This document shows, one piece after another, positions 30,001-38,654 of a stretch of DNA of 64,000 nt (position 1 is its first letter; each line of letters starts with the position of its first letter). The notes beneath the pieces were generated by a model. That model ran no database searches. It was not told where the DNA came from and saw only the letters and a list, made by a program, of their open reading frames with translations. The position numbers and the translations under genes were made by a program. Source of the DNA: an uncultured delta proteobacterium (GTDB taxonomy: Bacteria; Desulfobacterota; Binatia; Binatales; Binataceae). The stretch lies in NCBI GenBank assembly GCA_963711565.1, contig CAVQEQ010000004.1, positions 256,001-320,000 of the forward strand, written 5' to 3'.

Positions 30001-31016
30001 TCATCCTGGCCCAGCGTCCGGAGGCGCCGCTGAAGTGCTGCACCGGCTCGCCGGAGGAGCTAGAGGCCGCTCTGGGAGCCTTCGAGCGCGCCAACGCCGT
30101 CGTGCTCGATCTGACCGCGATCGCTACGCTGTGCATGCTCGGGCGGCTCAGCCTGCTGCCGACCTGGCCGCGTCAGTTCGTCATCTCGCAGTCCACGCTC
30201 GCCGAACTTCGGCGCTTGGCGTTCGAGGATACCCTCCTGCGCCTGCCGCCCGGATTCTCGGCCTCGATCGCCGGCACCGGCAACGATGGCAAGCGCGCCG
30301 ATGTCCAGTTGAAGGGGCTCGCCGATGCCTTGCAGTCGGTGTGCCGCGTGCGCGACGGCGCGGTGCTCGCCTCGATCGATCCTGAACGCCGCGAGCGGCT
30401 GGTCAAGTTCTTCGGCCGTCACGGCGCCGAGAGCATCGTGATCGGTTCGATGCCCGGGCACGTGCTCTGGACCGACGACATGATCCTTGCTGATCTCGCC
30501 AAGACTGAATTCGGTGTCCGACGCGTGTGGACCGAGGCGGCTCTGCAGGCTCGCGCGCAGGCGGGCAATCTCGATCCCGCCGAGTTGGCCACGGCCAGCA
30601 CCAAGCTCGCGGGCTGGGGCTACTCGTTTACAACCCCCAGCATCGAGACGCTGATGCGCGCGGGCTCGGTTGCGGTATGGAATCCCGATCAGTTCCCGCT
30701 CAAGCAGGCACTCGATCAGTTCGCGTCCGACTCGATGAACATTTCGGATGCAGTGCGGCTGGCGGCCGAGTTGATCGTCAAGATGTACAACGACCAGTAC
30801 CTGCGCGGGCAGCGCCGCACGGTGACCTCGCGGCTGCTCGACCGGCTCGCGATTCGCCCCGGCGGACGCGACGCTATCGAAACGCTGCCGCGGTCGTTGC
30901 CGATTCGCTTCGGACTCGACTTGATTCGGGCGCGCGAACTTAGCGACGTGGTGAGGGGATGGACCGCTTCCCAGGGTGAGGGACAGCAGACTGAGCGTCT
31001 GATGGCCGGTCGCTGA
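27081..31016 (+). CDS. REase-like / TPR / GreA-GreB C-terminal / PIN multidomain protein (predicted conflict or defence protein)
   Basis: N-terminal DEFERLC...FVIATTA...WDDIEELL; long TPR array; HPMTKAVKGKKAGEKF GreAB-C; VVLDLTA...LWTDD PIN. Confidence 0.8.
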   Translation: MAKFAPGYPLPRSADEFERLCLKLLRRHWQLPQLERFRDPDRAEKGINLIEISGRPRLAAVKCDLRASRSELTIAEIKDAVDRAASLKLPIGRFVIATTAAKPEGLQRSLFDLNRANRKDGISAIEVLTWDDIEELLDEYPQILTDFGTAAKRQALTRADAVVHLEARCEPAAPGPSDALGEEISAAAAFLESHQYQLARLALLRLREQKWSQLSNLHKFRVLSYLGAAWLKEGEPRKSAMLFIAAKSLQPDEENACTNEALAHELLGERERAFALADKLRMQFPSSGRAVALWLNNAPKSYDARTLEENVAPELSSDPEVAVVMARRALLDAHFDRAERYARLASAALPNNSIPWLVLGQAILLNELEVAGEGTSDAPAQNDENRVREAETSFTQALTLAQAEHQASSEVQALIGRAQARIALRDTDGAGKDIEQAHSLEREDANGLCEYGIVLRSRGSLTEAIEVLRRAASVGGRDDIDYHLAVTLRERDEPGDLQEATELLIRSIARPDAIPAGDFPFAVAAAVEALSTAERYHDADALLTSIAEGRLPAVTMRTLRANLRLSQGKFDQASKLADEALSGLTPDIGADNRRKLAALLHDLGRYRDALPLWQTLAPAGTAGTDTRRLLDCAGRLGREDIVAEISRQLHPEKAVDATSAADQLDKLERSDPEAALAELEEMLHARPDDRVLRLRRSIVAARLGKVDLVVADPNAMPPAREIPPALGRAAVQFMRDGGRANESLAYAYELLRRQGGSVDAHRAYLAALGPVGPMPHVPDFDSAGSGCALSFVEEGSNSEKWIMLEDANDADEALDEYGPQHPMTKAVKGKKAGEKFQLPEGRFSRRQATVKQMISKYAYRYMDVLINWQARFPGQAEIEMSYVRSDAIPWSDMNDSFESLFEASSGNGNGNGVAIGNGVANGKANGIANGHANVSASGKREDVLKQAERTYADNSIPIHAVAERLNLNDLQTVFILAQRPEAPLKCCTGSPEELEAALGAFERANAVVLDLTAIATLCMLGRLSLLPTWPRQFVISQSTLAELRRLAFEDTLLRLPPGFSASIAGTGNDGKRADVQLKGLADALQSVCRVRDGAVLASIDPERRERLVKFFGRHGAESIVIGSMPGHVLWTDDMILADLAKTEFGVRRVWTEAALQARAQAGNLDPAELATASTKLAGWGYSFTTPSIETLMRAGSVAVWNPDQFPLKQALDQFASDSMNISDAVRLAAELIVKMYNDQYLRGQRRTVTSRLLDRLAIRPGGRDAIETLPRSLPIRFGLDLIRARELSDVVRGWTASQGEGQQTERLMAGR

Positions 31017-31021
31017 TCTGG

Positions 31022-31078
31022 GACGCCGATAGATCCGGTAGTGGGTCGATTGCCCACTACCGTTGATCTCGGCGCGTC
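31022..31078. repeat. Long imperfect inverted repeat
   Basis: cggtagtggg/cccactaccg core plus gatc/gatc and cgccga/tcggcg outer helices; no U-tract. Confidence 0.7.
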
Positions 31079-31139
31079 GTCTTAGCCTTCGCGATCGAGT
31101 ACAATCCCGCCCGGGCTACGGCCACAGGAGGAACGCACG

Positions 31140-31481
31140 ATGGCGGCAATCGGCGAAGGGGACCGGATCGTCCTCATCGATCGCAGGCTCTTCAAGGACG
31201 ACAACACCCGGATTTTCGTGGGCATCGTCGAGACCACCGACGGCGTACTGATTCGTGCCCGCGGCTATGTCTTTCACGTCAGCTCCTACGAAGTCGCTGG
31301 CCAGGAACGCCGCGGTGAAGAGCGTTTGCGCGTGTTCTCGATGGGCTCCGGGGACATCGTGTACCTCCTGCCGCCAGGCCAGGACATCTCGCGCCTGATG
31401 CTCAAGCGCTCGCCCAAGTCGATGACGCTGAGCGACGGCCAATACGCGATGGACCTGAGCGACTTCCTGCTCCGCGCCTAA
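31140..31481 (+). CDS. Hypothetical protein (113 aa, beta-rich)
   Basis: AGGAGG RBS, host-like codon usage. Confidence 0.8.
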   Translation: MAAIGEGDRIVLIDRRLFKDDNTRIFVGIVETTDGVLIRARGYVFHVSSYEVAGQERRGEERLRVFSMGSGDIVYLLPPGQDISRLMLKRSPKSMTLSDGQYAMDLSDFLLRA

Positions 31482-31529
31482 ATTCGGCTCAAATATCCCT
31501 TCTCGCTACAGTTATAATAGTTGGCGAGA

Positions 31530-32852
31530 ATGGCAACAAAAGCGGTTACCAGCGGCGCATCCCGAACCGCATCAGCAAAATCGACAGCGTCCTGGATCTC
31601 GCGGCTGCCTGTATTCCTCAAAGCCCTCGGTCCCGGCATAGTCACCGGTGCGGCTGACGACGATCCCAGCGGAATCGCGACCTATTCCCAGGTCGGCGCG
31701 CAGTTTGGATTCGCGATGCTCTGGACGATGGTTCTTACCTACCCGCTAATGGCGGCGATCCAGGAAATCAGCGCATGGATCGGGCGCGTCACCGGTATAG
31801 GACTGGCTGGCAACATCCGCCGCCACTACTCACCTCTTATTCTCTATCCCCTGGTCGCGCTCTTGCTGATCGCCAACGTGATCAACCTGGGCGCCGACAT
31901 AGGCGCTATGGGAAGCGCGCTGGAATTGGTGGTAGGAGGACCCGCGCTTTTGTATACCGTCGCATTCGGAGTGATTTCAGTGATAGCCGCGATCGCCTTT
32001 CCCTACAAGCAATACGCGGAGTTATTAAAATGGTCGGCACTAGTATTATTCGTATACGCCGCCACTGCCTTTGTAGTTCATGTTCCCTTGAAGCCGGTAC
32101 TGATCGGGACGTTCGTACCGTCGCTGTCTCTTTCGAATAGCTACCTGACCGCACTGACCGCGGTGTTTGGAACCACCATAAGTCCGTATCTCTTCTTCTG
32201 GCAGGCCTCACAGGAAGTTCAGGAACAGCAAGCTGCGCGCGGCGAGAAAGCTCTCAAGCGCGCTCCGCGGCAGGCCCCTGCGCAACTGAGGCGGATGCGA
32301 GGCGATACCTATCTCGGGATGGCATTTTCCAACGTCATTGCCTTCTTCATCATGCTCGATACCGCCGCCGTCCTGCACACTCACGGCATCACCGACATCC
32401 AGACCGGAGCGCAAGCCGCCGAGGCGTTGCGCCCGCTGGCAGGCGAGCTGGCCTTCCTGCTCTTCAGCATAGGCATTATAGGAACGGGGTTGATTGCTGT
32501 CCCGGTGCTCGCGGGCTCTTCGGCTTACGCGCTGGCCGAGGCTCTCAAGTGGCCGATAGGACTCGAGCGCAAGCTGCACCGGGCGAAGGGGTTTTATGGA
32601 ATCCTGGCGGTGGCGACCCTTATAGGAGTCGCGCTGAATTTCACAGACATCAATCCTATCAAGGCACTGTTCTGGAGCGCGGTGATCAATGGGGTGGCCG
32701 CGGTTCCGATCATGATTGTGATGATGCTGATGACCAGCAACAAAAGCATCACCGGCGGCCTGCGGCTACCCACTCCTCAGAAGGCCATAGGATGGATCGC
32801 AACCGGCGTGATGTTTGCCGTCGCCGCTTGCATGCTCGCGTCGCTGATATAG
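31530..32852 (+). CDS. NRAMP-family divalent metal transporter
   Basis: LGPGIVTGAADDDPSGIATYS, GTTISPYLFFWQ, ~11 TM helices. Confidence 0.9.
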   Translation: MATKAVTSGASRTASAKSTASWISRLPVFLKALGPGIVTGAADDDPSGIATYSQVGAQFGFAMLWTMVLTYPLMAAIQEISAWIGRVTGIGLAGNIRRHYSPLILYPLVALLLIANVINLGADIGAMGSALELVVGGPALLYTVAFGVISVIAAIAFPYKQYAELLKWSALVLFVYAATAFVVHVPLKPVLIGTFVPSLSLSNSYLTALTAVFGTTISPYLFFWQASQEVQEQQAARGEKALKRAPRQAPAQLRRMRGDTYLGMAFSNVIAFFIMLDTAAVLHTHGITDIQTGAQAAEALRPLAGELAFLLFSIGIIGTGLIAVPVLAGSSAYALAEALKWPIGLERKLHRAKGFYGILAVATLIGVALNFTDINPIKALFWSAVINGVAAVPIMIVMMLMTSNKSITGGLRLPTPQKAIGWIATGVMFAVAACMLASLI

Positions 32853-32857
32853 AACGG

Positions 32858-33727
32858 CTACAGCTTCTCGACGAATTCGATAATCGCCGCCGCGGTATCG
32901 CCCGGATTATCCAGCGGCACGTGATGAAACGCGCGCGGGATTTCCTTCAGCACCGATCCGCGAATCTTCCGATGCATCGCCGCGACGTGCGACGCGCTTA
33001 CCAGCGCGCTCTGATCGCCGCGCAGCAGCAGCGTCGGCATCTTGATCTGCCTGATCTTCGGCCGCGTCATCTTATGCCCATGCTTGCGCCACGCCCGCGT
33101 CTCCGGGTCGAAGCGAAACGCCCACGTGCCATTGGGTAGCTGTTCGGCGCCCTGCAGCGCCAACCGCTCAACGTCCAGCCGCGTCAGGTTAGTCTGCGGT
33201 GGCTGCAAGCGGAACTTCTTGATGATGTCGTCGGCCGAGCGCAACTCGGGACGGACTCCGCCGTGCGATCGCCGGCGCCACCGCCACATCAAGCGCCGAA
33301 ACAGCGGCGGCGGTCCGTGCGGCGCATCGACGATGATCAGCGCCTCGAGCAATTCCGGATGCGTGACCGCCACCCACTGCGCGACCGCTCCGCCCATCGA
33401 GTGCCCAACCAGGATCACGCGTGTGCCGAGGCTCTCGATCAGACCTTGGGCGTCGTTCTGATACGCCGGTGGACCGTAACCTCCCGAACCCGCCCACTGA
33501 CTGCGTCCGTGACCGCGAAAATCCAGCGCGAGAACGCGCCCATACGGCGTCAGCAGCGGTGCGACGCCGTCCCACCAATGCACATGCGCTGCGCCGCCGT
33601 GCAGCAGAACGAAAGTGTGTTTGTCGGAATCGCCGCCCCAGTCCAGATAGTGAAGCTTGAGTCCCTCAACCTCGACGTACCGATGGGTCGGCTCCGCAAT
33701 CGCGGTAGCCGCTTGATGTTGTGCCAT
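32858..33727 (-). CDS. Alpha/beta hydrolase
   Basis: LHGG, DFRGHGRS, GHSMGG, AFHHV. Confidence 0.9.
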   Translation of the reverse strand: MAQHQAATAIAEPTHRYVEVEGLKLHYLDWGGDSDKHTFVLLHGGAAHVHWWDGVAPLLTPYGRVLALDFRGHGRSQWAGSGGYGPPAYQNDAQGLIESLGTRVILVGHSMGGAVAQWVAVTHPELLEALIIVDAPHGPPPLFRRLMWRWRRRSHGGVRPELRSADDIIKKFRLQPPQTNLTRLDVERLALQGAEQLPNGTWAFRFDPETRAWRKHGHKMTRPKIRQIKMPTLLLRGDQSALVSASHVAAMHRKIRGSVLKEIPRAFHHVPLDNPGDTAAAIIEFVEKL

Positions 33728-33833
33728 AACCTGCGATTCTATTCGACGCGGGATCGTGTGCATAGATTTTCATGCGCGCCATTGTCGTGCTAACAACCGC
33801 AGCAGAACAGAGATTGCCAAGGAGAATCGTTCG

Positions 33834-34619
33834 ATGGCCCTGAGACTCGAAAACAAAAATGCACTGATCACCGGCGGCGCAAGCGGCATCGGCCGCGGGA
33901 CCGCGATTCGATTCGCCGAAGAAGGCGCCAACATCTTCGTCGCCGACCGACATCTCGCCGCCGCCGAGGAAACCGCCGCCGCCGTGAAAAAGCTCGGCCG
34001 CAAGGCGGTCGCATATCAGGTCGATACCAGCGACGAGGCGCAGGTGAACGCGATGGTCGCGCAGATGGTGAAGGACCTCGGCGGCGTCAACATCGTAGTC
34101 GCCGCGGCGGGAATCTCGCACGCGCACTACGGTGAAGAAGGGCAGCCCGACATCACCTTCCTTAGCAACAAATCCTTCGCCAACTGGCGCAAGGTGTTGA
34201 GCGTCAACCTCGACGGCGTGTTCCTGACCGATCGCGCATGCGCCAAGGCGATGATCGATGCCGGCAACGGCGGACGCATCATCAATATCGCCTCAGCCGC
34301 CGCGCGCCTCCCGACTCCCGGCGTCGGCGAGTATTCCGTCAGCAAGGCCGGCGTGTGGATGCTGACCCGCGTGCTGGCGATGGAGTTGGCGCCCTTCAAC
34401 ATCACTGCGAATGCGATCGGCCCGGGCTTCATCAAGACTCCAATGACTGCCGGGATACAGGACTTCGCCAACATGACGCCGCTGATGGATCGCGTGCCGA
34501 TGAAGAAGATGGGCGAGCCGGTCAACGTCGCCAACACCGCCCTGTTCCTCGCCAGCGAGGAGGGCCGCTACTACACCGGCTCGATCCTGCACCCCGACGG
34601 CGGCATCACAATGCAGTGA
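33834..34619 (+). CDS. SDR-family oxidoreductase
   Basis: TGGASGIG, YSVSK, PG. Confidence 0.92.
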   Translation: MALRLENKNALITGGASGIGRGTAIRFAEEGANIFVADRHLAAAEETAAAVKKLGRKAVAYQVDTSDEAQVNAMVAQMVKDLGGVNIVVAAAGISHAHYGEEGQPDITFLSNKSFANWRKVLSVNLDGVFLTDRACAKAMIDAGNGGRIINIASAAARLPTPGVGEYSVSKAGVWMLTRVLAMELAPFNITANAIGPGFIKTPMTAGIQDFANMTPLMDRVPMKKMGEPVNVANTALFLASEEGRYYTGSILHPDGGITMQ

Positions 34620-35152
34620 GATTGACTCGCAACGATTTGATTGCGAAGTGGATCGCTCTTTTTTTGTGTCATCCTGAGCGCAGCGAAGGATCTCGCGCGC
34701 CGCGCGTACTGGCAGGCGCCGGACGCAGGATCGTCCGTCGAGATTCTTCGCTACAGCAGCTTCCGCTCAGAATGACAAGATCGGCGCTGGCCGTTGCGTT
34801 GCTGATGCTCGTCGGCGCGACCACCCCCGCGTTCGCTCAGAGCCCTGCCGCCACGGCGACGCCGATGGTCATGCCCATGATTCCCCAGATCCAGCTTCAA
34901 CCGGTGCCCGCCTACGGCCCGGCCCCCCTGACCGTCGGCTTCTTTGTATCGAGCGTCAATCCGGATGCCGCGCCGCTGGCCAGCTATATCTGGAACTTCG
35001 GCGACGGCCAAGTCTCGATGTTGCCGCCGACCGCGCTGTTTCACACTTACACAAATCCCGGCAGCTACGTGGTCAACGTAACTGCGACCGACACCGACGG
35101 CCATCAGGCCTCATCGTTCGCCGGCATAATCGTGACGCAGCCCCCGCAGTAG
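34616..35152 (+). CDS. Secreted PKD-domain protein
   Basis: GPAPLTV.F, YIWNFGDG, HTYTNPGSYVV.VT. Start is GTG 34616 (GTGA overlap with the SDR stop) or ATG 34772. Confidence 0.82.
   Translation: MRLTRNDLIAKWIALFLCHPERSEGSRAPRVLAGAGRRIVRRDSSLQQLPLRMTRSALAVALLMLVGATTPAFAQSPAATATPMVMPMIPQIQLQPVPAYGPAPLTVGFFVSSVNPDAAPLASYIWNFGDGQVSMLPPTALFHTYTNPGSYVVNVTATDTDGHQASSFAGIIVTQPPQ
34667..34777. repeat. 111-bp inverted doublet of repeat family D (TGTCAT.C.GAGCG...GAAG.ATCT)
   Basis: tgtcatcctgagcgcagcgaaggatctc ... gagattcttcgctacagcagcttccgctcagaatgaca; relatives at 54585 and 61787. Confidence 0.88.
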
Positions 35153-35164
35153 CTTGGCCACGCG

Positions 35165-35848
35165 CTAGTTCTTCAGCATCTCGATCGTGCCGGTATCGAG
35201 ATCGTAAATACCCCCGACGATCTTGAGCTCGCCCGATTTCACCATCGCCGACAGCTCTGCCGAAGTGGCGAGATTTTTCATCACCAGCTGGACGTTCTCG
35301 CGCACCGCGTTCTCGACCGGATCGCCCGCCATGCCCTTGGCCGCCGCCACCGCCGGCCGCAGTTCGCTCAACATCGGACCAACGTCGCCTTCCTCTTCAT
35401 GACCCGCAACCGCCGCGATCACCGCGCCGCATCGGCGATGCCCCAGCACCATTACCAATCGCACGCCGAGATGCTTGACTGAGTAGTCGAGGCTCTCGAT
35501 CACCACCTTGTCGGCGACATTGCCCGCCACGCGCACGGTGAAGATGTCGCCCAGCCCGCGATCGAAAATAGTTTCGGGCGGCGTGCGCGAATCCGAGCAT
35601 GCCAGCACCGACGCAAACGGATGCTGTCCCTTGGCCACTTCCTCGCGGCGTTCCGGCGACTCGTTGGGATGATCCAGCTTGCCGGTAACAAACCGTTCAT
35701 TGCCTTCGAGTAAGAGTTTGAGGGCTTGATTGGCAGGCATCGTAGGCGCGGCAAGAGCGGCCATCGCCGCGCGCACCATCGTAATCGACAGCGCGCCGGC
35801 AGCCAACAGCATCGACACTCTCAATTTATTTTTTCTATGTCCAACCAC
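35165..35848 (-). CDS. Beta-class carbonic anhydrase, exported
   Basis: GNERF, GQHP, CSDSR, RVAGN, HRRCGAV; GGAG RBS before GTG 35848; signal peptide. Confidence 0.93.
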   Translation of the reverse strand: MVGHRKNKLRVSMLLAAGALSITMVRAAMAALAAPTMPANQALKLLLEGNERFVTGKLDHPNESPERREEVAKGQHPFASVLACSDSRTPPETIFDRGLGDIFTVRVAGNVADKVVIESLDYSVKHLGVRLVMVLGHRRCGAVIAAVAGHEEEGDVGPMLSELRPAVAAAKGMAGDPVENAVRENVQLVMKNLATSAELSAMVKSGELKIVGGIYDLDTGTIEMLKN

Positions 35849-36082
35849 GATTGCTTCTCCCCGGGGTGTCTTTACAGAGTTCAACTCGAACCGAATCCTA
35901 TCGGAAACCAAGCCCATTTGCTTCAGGAGCCAAGCCGCTCGGATTTTCGATTCTGAATCGCACCGCCGCCCTCGTGTGCGTCAATCCCGCCGCATCGGCC
36001 TTCCACGGTGGCATTGACACCGTGCCGCCATTCGCCAGTATTGGTGGCGATGAGCCACAAATCCAGCTTCAGCGTGATTTCC

Positions 36083-36589
36083 ATGTCGGTGACAAATTTC
36101 CCAAAACAATTCCTCGCGGCGCTTGCATTGGGCGTTCTCGCGTTCATTGTCGCGGGATGCATGGGCGATCAAATCGATGCCACCAACAAGCTGGTTCAAC
36201 AACAACAGGAACAACTCGAGCATCAGCAACAGGAGCTCGAAGCCCTCCAGGCGAATCAGAATCAAAGCTATACGCCCGGCGCCGCGCCCGCCGCTCGTGG
36301 CGGCTGCGACAAGGACGTCGAGTCGATCGCGAGCAAGCGCGGCGGCGACAAGTTCGCCGCCGGCGAGTTCAACAAAGCACTCGGCTACTACCAGGATGCG
36401 CTCCTGTCTTGCCCCAACGATGAGCGGGCCGAGGTCAACGTCGCGCGCAGCTACGAGGCGCTCGGCAACAACGTCGCTGCCATCAACCTCTACAGAAAGG
36501 TGGCTGACAACGGCGGCGCCATCGACACCGACGCTCAGGAAGAAGCCAAGGCCGCGCTCCTCCGCCTGCAAGCGTCGCGACTGCCCTGA
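36083..36589 (+). CDS. TPR lipoprotein
   Basis: Lipobox IVAGC, Gln-rich coiled coil, TPR pair. Confidence 0.8.
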   Translation: MSVTNFPKQFLAALALGVLAFIVAGCMGDQIDATNKLVQQQQEQLEHQQQELEALQANQNQSYTPGAAPAARGGCDKDVESIASKRGGDKFAAGEFNKALGYYQDALLSCPNDERAEVNVARSYEALGNNVAAINLYRKVADNGGAIDTDAQEEAKAALLRLQASRLP

Positions 36590-36601
36590 CTCCCGACCGG
36601 T

Positions 36602-36636
36602 CCCCCCTTCCGGCGCGGGAAGGGGGCAGCGTTAGG
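36602..36636 (+). repeat. Family E palindromic repeat (degenerate)
   Basis: cccccttcc-ggcgcg-ggaaggggg followed by cagcgttagg. Confidence 0.65.
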
Positions 36637-36718
36637 TTGACGCCGGTTTGGTTCTGCTCGGCGCGCTCGTTAGATTCGATAGTGGAGCGATGCGCACTGA
36701 CAGTTCGCTCCCCTCTCC

Positions 36719-37735
36719 ATGGACGGCAACGGCAATCGCGAAACTCCCGAGCTGACCGGCGCACGGTCGCGCCGAATTGCAATTCTTACCGCCGGCGGCG
36801 ACGCTCCCGGCATGAACGCTGCTATCCGCGCGGTGGTTCGCAGCGCTGCGGTCGCGGGCGTCGAGGTGATCGGATTCAGGCGCGGCTACGAGGGCCTCAT
36901 CCGCGACCTCGCCGAGCCGCTCAGCGGCCGCTCCGTCGCCAACATGATCCAGCGCGGCGGCACCTTCCTCGAAACCTCGCGCTCACCGGAATTCCGCACG
37001 CCCGCCGCGCGCGGCCTGGCAGCCCGCAACTTGCGGCGTCACTTGATCGAGGCCCTAATCGTCGTCGGTGGCGAAGGCTCGATGACCGGCGCGACACTCT
37101 TCGCCGGCGAGACCGGCATCCCGATCTTCGTCATCCCCGCATCGATCGACAACGACATCCCCGGCACCGACTACTCGATTGGCTTCGATACCGCCGTCAA
37201 CACCGCGCTCGACGCCATCGACCGCATTCGCGACACCGCATTCGCCTACGAGCGCGTCTTCTGCGTCGAGGTGATGGGCCGCGACTCGGGCTTTATCGCA
37301 ATCGCGGTTGCCCTCGGCGGCGGTGCCGAGGCGGTCATCGTCCCGGAACTCCCATTCAGCCTCGACGACATCTGCGATCGCGTCGAGGACAGCCATCGCC
37401 GCGGGAAACGCTCGACAATCGTCGTCGTTTCGGAAGGTCCGCGCACCGGCGGTGTCATCCCGGTCGCCGAGGCCCTCACCGCCCGGCTCGGGATGCAGGC
37501 GCGCGTCGTCGTCCTTGGTCATGTTCAGCGCGGCGGAGCACCCACCGCCCGCGACCGCCTGCTGGCGAGCAGGATGGGCGCCGGCGCCGTCAAGGCAATC
37601 CTCGACGGCGCAGGTCCTTCGCTGATTGGCGAGGAGCGCGGCGCAATCGTCCGCGTCCCGCTGGGCGAGGTAGCCAACAAGCGCCGCCCGCTGGATCCCT
37701 CGCTAATCGAACTGGTCCATCAACTCTCCACCTGA
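36719..37735 (+). CDS. pfkA: ATP-dependent 6-phosphofructokinase
   Basis: GGDAPGMN, GGT, IDND, EVMGR, LGHVQRGG. Confidence 0.95.
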   Translation: MDGNGNRETPELTGARSRRIAILTAGGDAPGMNAAIRAVVRSAAVAGVEVIGFRRGYEGLIRDLAEPLSGRSVANMIQRGGTFLETSRSPEFRTPAARGLAARNLRRHLIEALIVVGGEGSMTGATLFAGETGIPIFVIPASIDNDIPGTDYSIGFDTAVNTALDAIDRIRDTAFAYERVFCVEVMGRDSGFIAIAVALGGGAEAVIVPELPFSLDDICDRVEDSHRRGKRSTIVVVSEGPRTGGVIPVAEALTARLGMQARVVVLGHVQRGGAPTARDRLLASRMGAGAVKAILDGAGPSLIGEERGAIVRVPLGEVANKRRPLDPSLIELVHQLST

Positions 37736-37840
37736 TTCCCCGGCCCAAGTTTTCCGCGACCGGATCTCTTCTCGGGATGCGATCTGGTACTCATGTCCGG
37801 TCCCTTCTTCCCGCGCGGAAAGAGATTCTCTCTCTATCCG

Positions 37841-37880
37841 GTTCCCCTTCCCGCGCGGGAAGGGGTTAGGGGTTAGGTTC
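37841..37880 (+). repeat. Family E palindromic repeat
   Basis: gttccccttcccgcgcgggaaggggttaggggttaggttc, preceded by a degenerate copy at ~37805-37825. Confidence 0.85.
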
Positions 37881-38029
37881 TTCGCATCGCCGTTGAAATA
37901 ATCCGCAAGCCCGCCAGGTCCGCATTTCCGAACGACAGGACTGTTGTCCACAACTTCGGGAACCAACCGCGCAACTCGATGGTTGAAATCTCGCAAGGGG
38001 ACGTCCTAACGCCCCGGCGGGTTTTGCAG

Positions 38030-38491
38030 ATGTCTGATGGCTTCCAGCTGAGTTCCGATACCGCGGTCGAGCGCTTCGTCGGCCTGAATCAGATTCTTCC
38101 CAGCCAATACTATGACGTTTCTGGCGGCCATCGCCTGACCGGCGAGCAGCGCCTGATGCTCGCGTTGCTGGCCGACGCAATCAACGTCTACCAGCAGGGC
38201 GTCCTGTCGCGGAATACGCGCAAGCGCCTGCTTTTCATCGACGCCGAGCGATGGATCACGGCCACCGCCAGAAGCCGCCACGCCTTCGGTTTCGACACCG
38301 TTTGCGACGCGCTAGGAATCAACCCGAGCGTCCTGCGGCGCCGGATGCTCGCCTGGAAACACGAACTCCACCGCAACGCACAGGCACGCGCCGCAACACC
38401 TCATCTGCGGCTCAAAATCACGCCGCGCAACAAGCATCTAAGTCATCGCCGCCGCCGCATCCGCACCTCGATAGCCGTCCCTGCCTTCTGA
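38030..38491 (+). CDS. Hypothetical protein with HTH-like segment and Arg-rich tail
   Basis: LPSQY...GEQRLMLALLADAI...AERWI...FGFDTVCDALGINPSVLR; upstream ATG 37979 also possible. Confidence 0.75.
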   Translation: MSDGFQLSSDTAVERFVGLNQILPSQYYDVSGGHRLTGEQRLMLALLADAINVYQQGVLSRNTRKRLLFIDAERWITATARSRHAFGFDTVCDALGINPSVLRRRMLAWKHELHRNAQARAATPHLRLKITPRNKHLSHRRRRIRTSIAVPAF

Positions 38492-38569
38492 TCCGGCTCT
38501 TCCCCAAGCCTCCTCCGCGGCTGGCGACTCCCCCGCGCCAGCCGCGGACCCGGAGGCTCTCTTCCTGAC

Positions 38570-38654
38570 ATTGGGTGCAGGGGTCACCCCTGCCGAAGGA
38601 GGTGCGGAACCCACCGCGGGTTCCGCATCAAATAAAGTGATTTACCCTTCCCGC
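38570..38654 (+). repeat. Family A element, copy 3
   Basis: Hairpin 2 reads gcggaaccc/gggttccgc, two compensatory pairs relative to gtgaaaccc/gggtttcac. Confidence 0.88.

Noticed and set aside
37060-37160. PfkA variants GGEGS and PASIDND as a sign of PPi dependence
   Set aside because: The diagnostic Gly of ATP-type enzymes is retained; the substitutions are conservative.
37857-37877. Telomere-like GGGGTTAGGGGTTAGG / G-quadruplex
   Set aside because: It is the tail of repeat family E, only two units long, and competes with the element's own hairpin.
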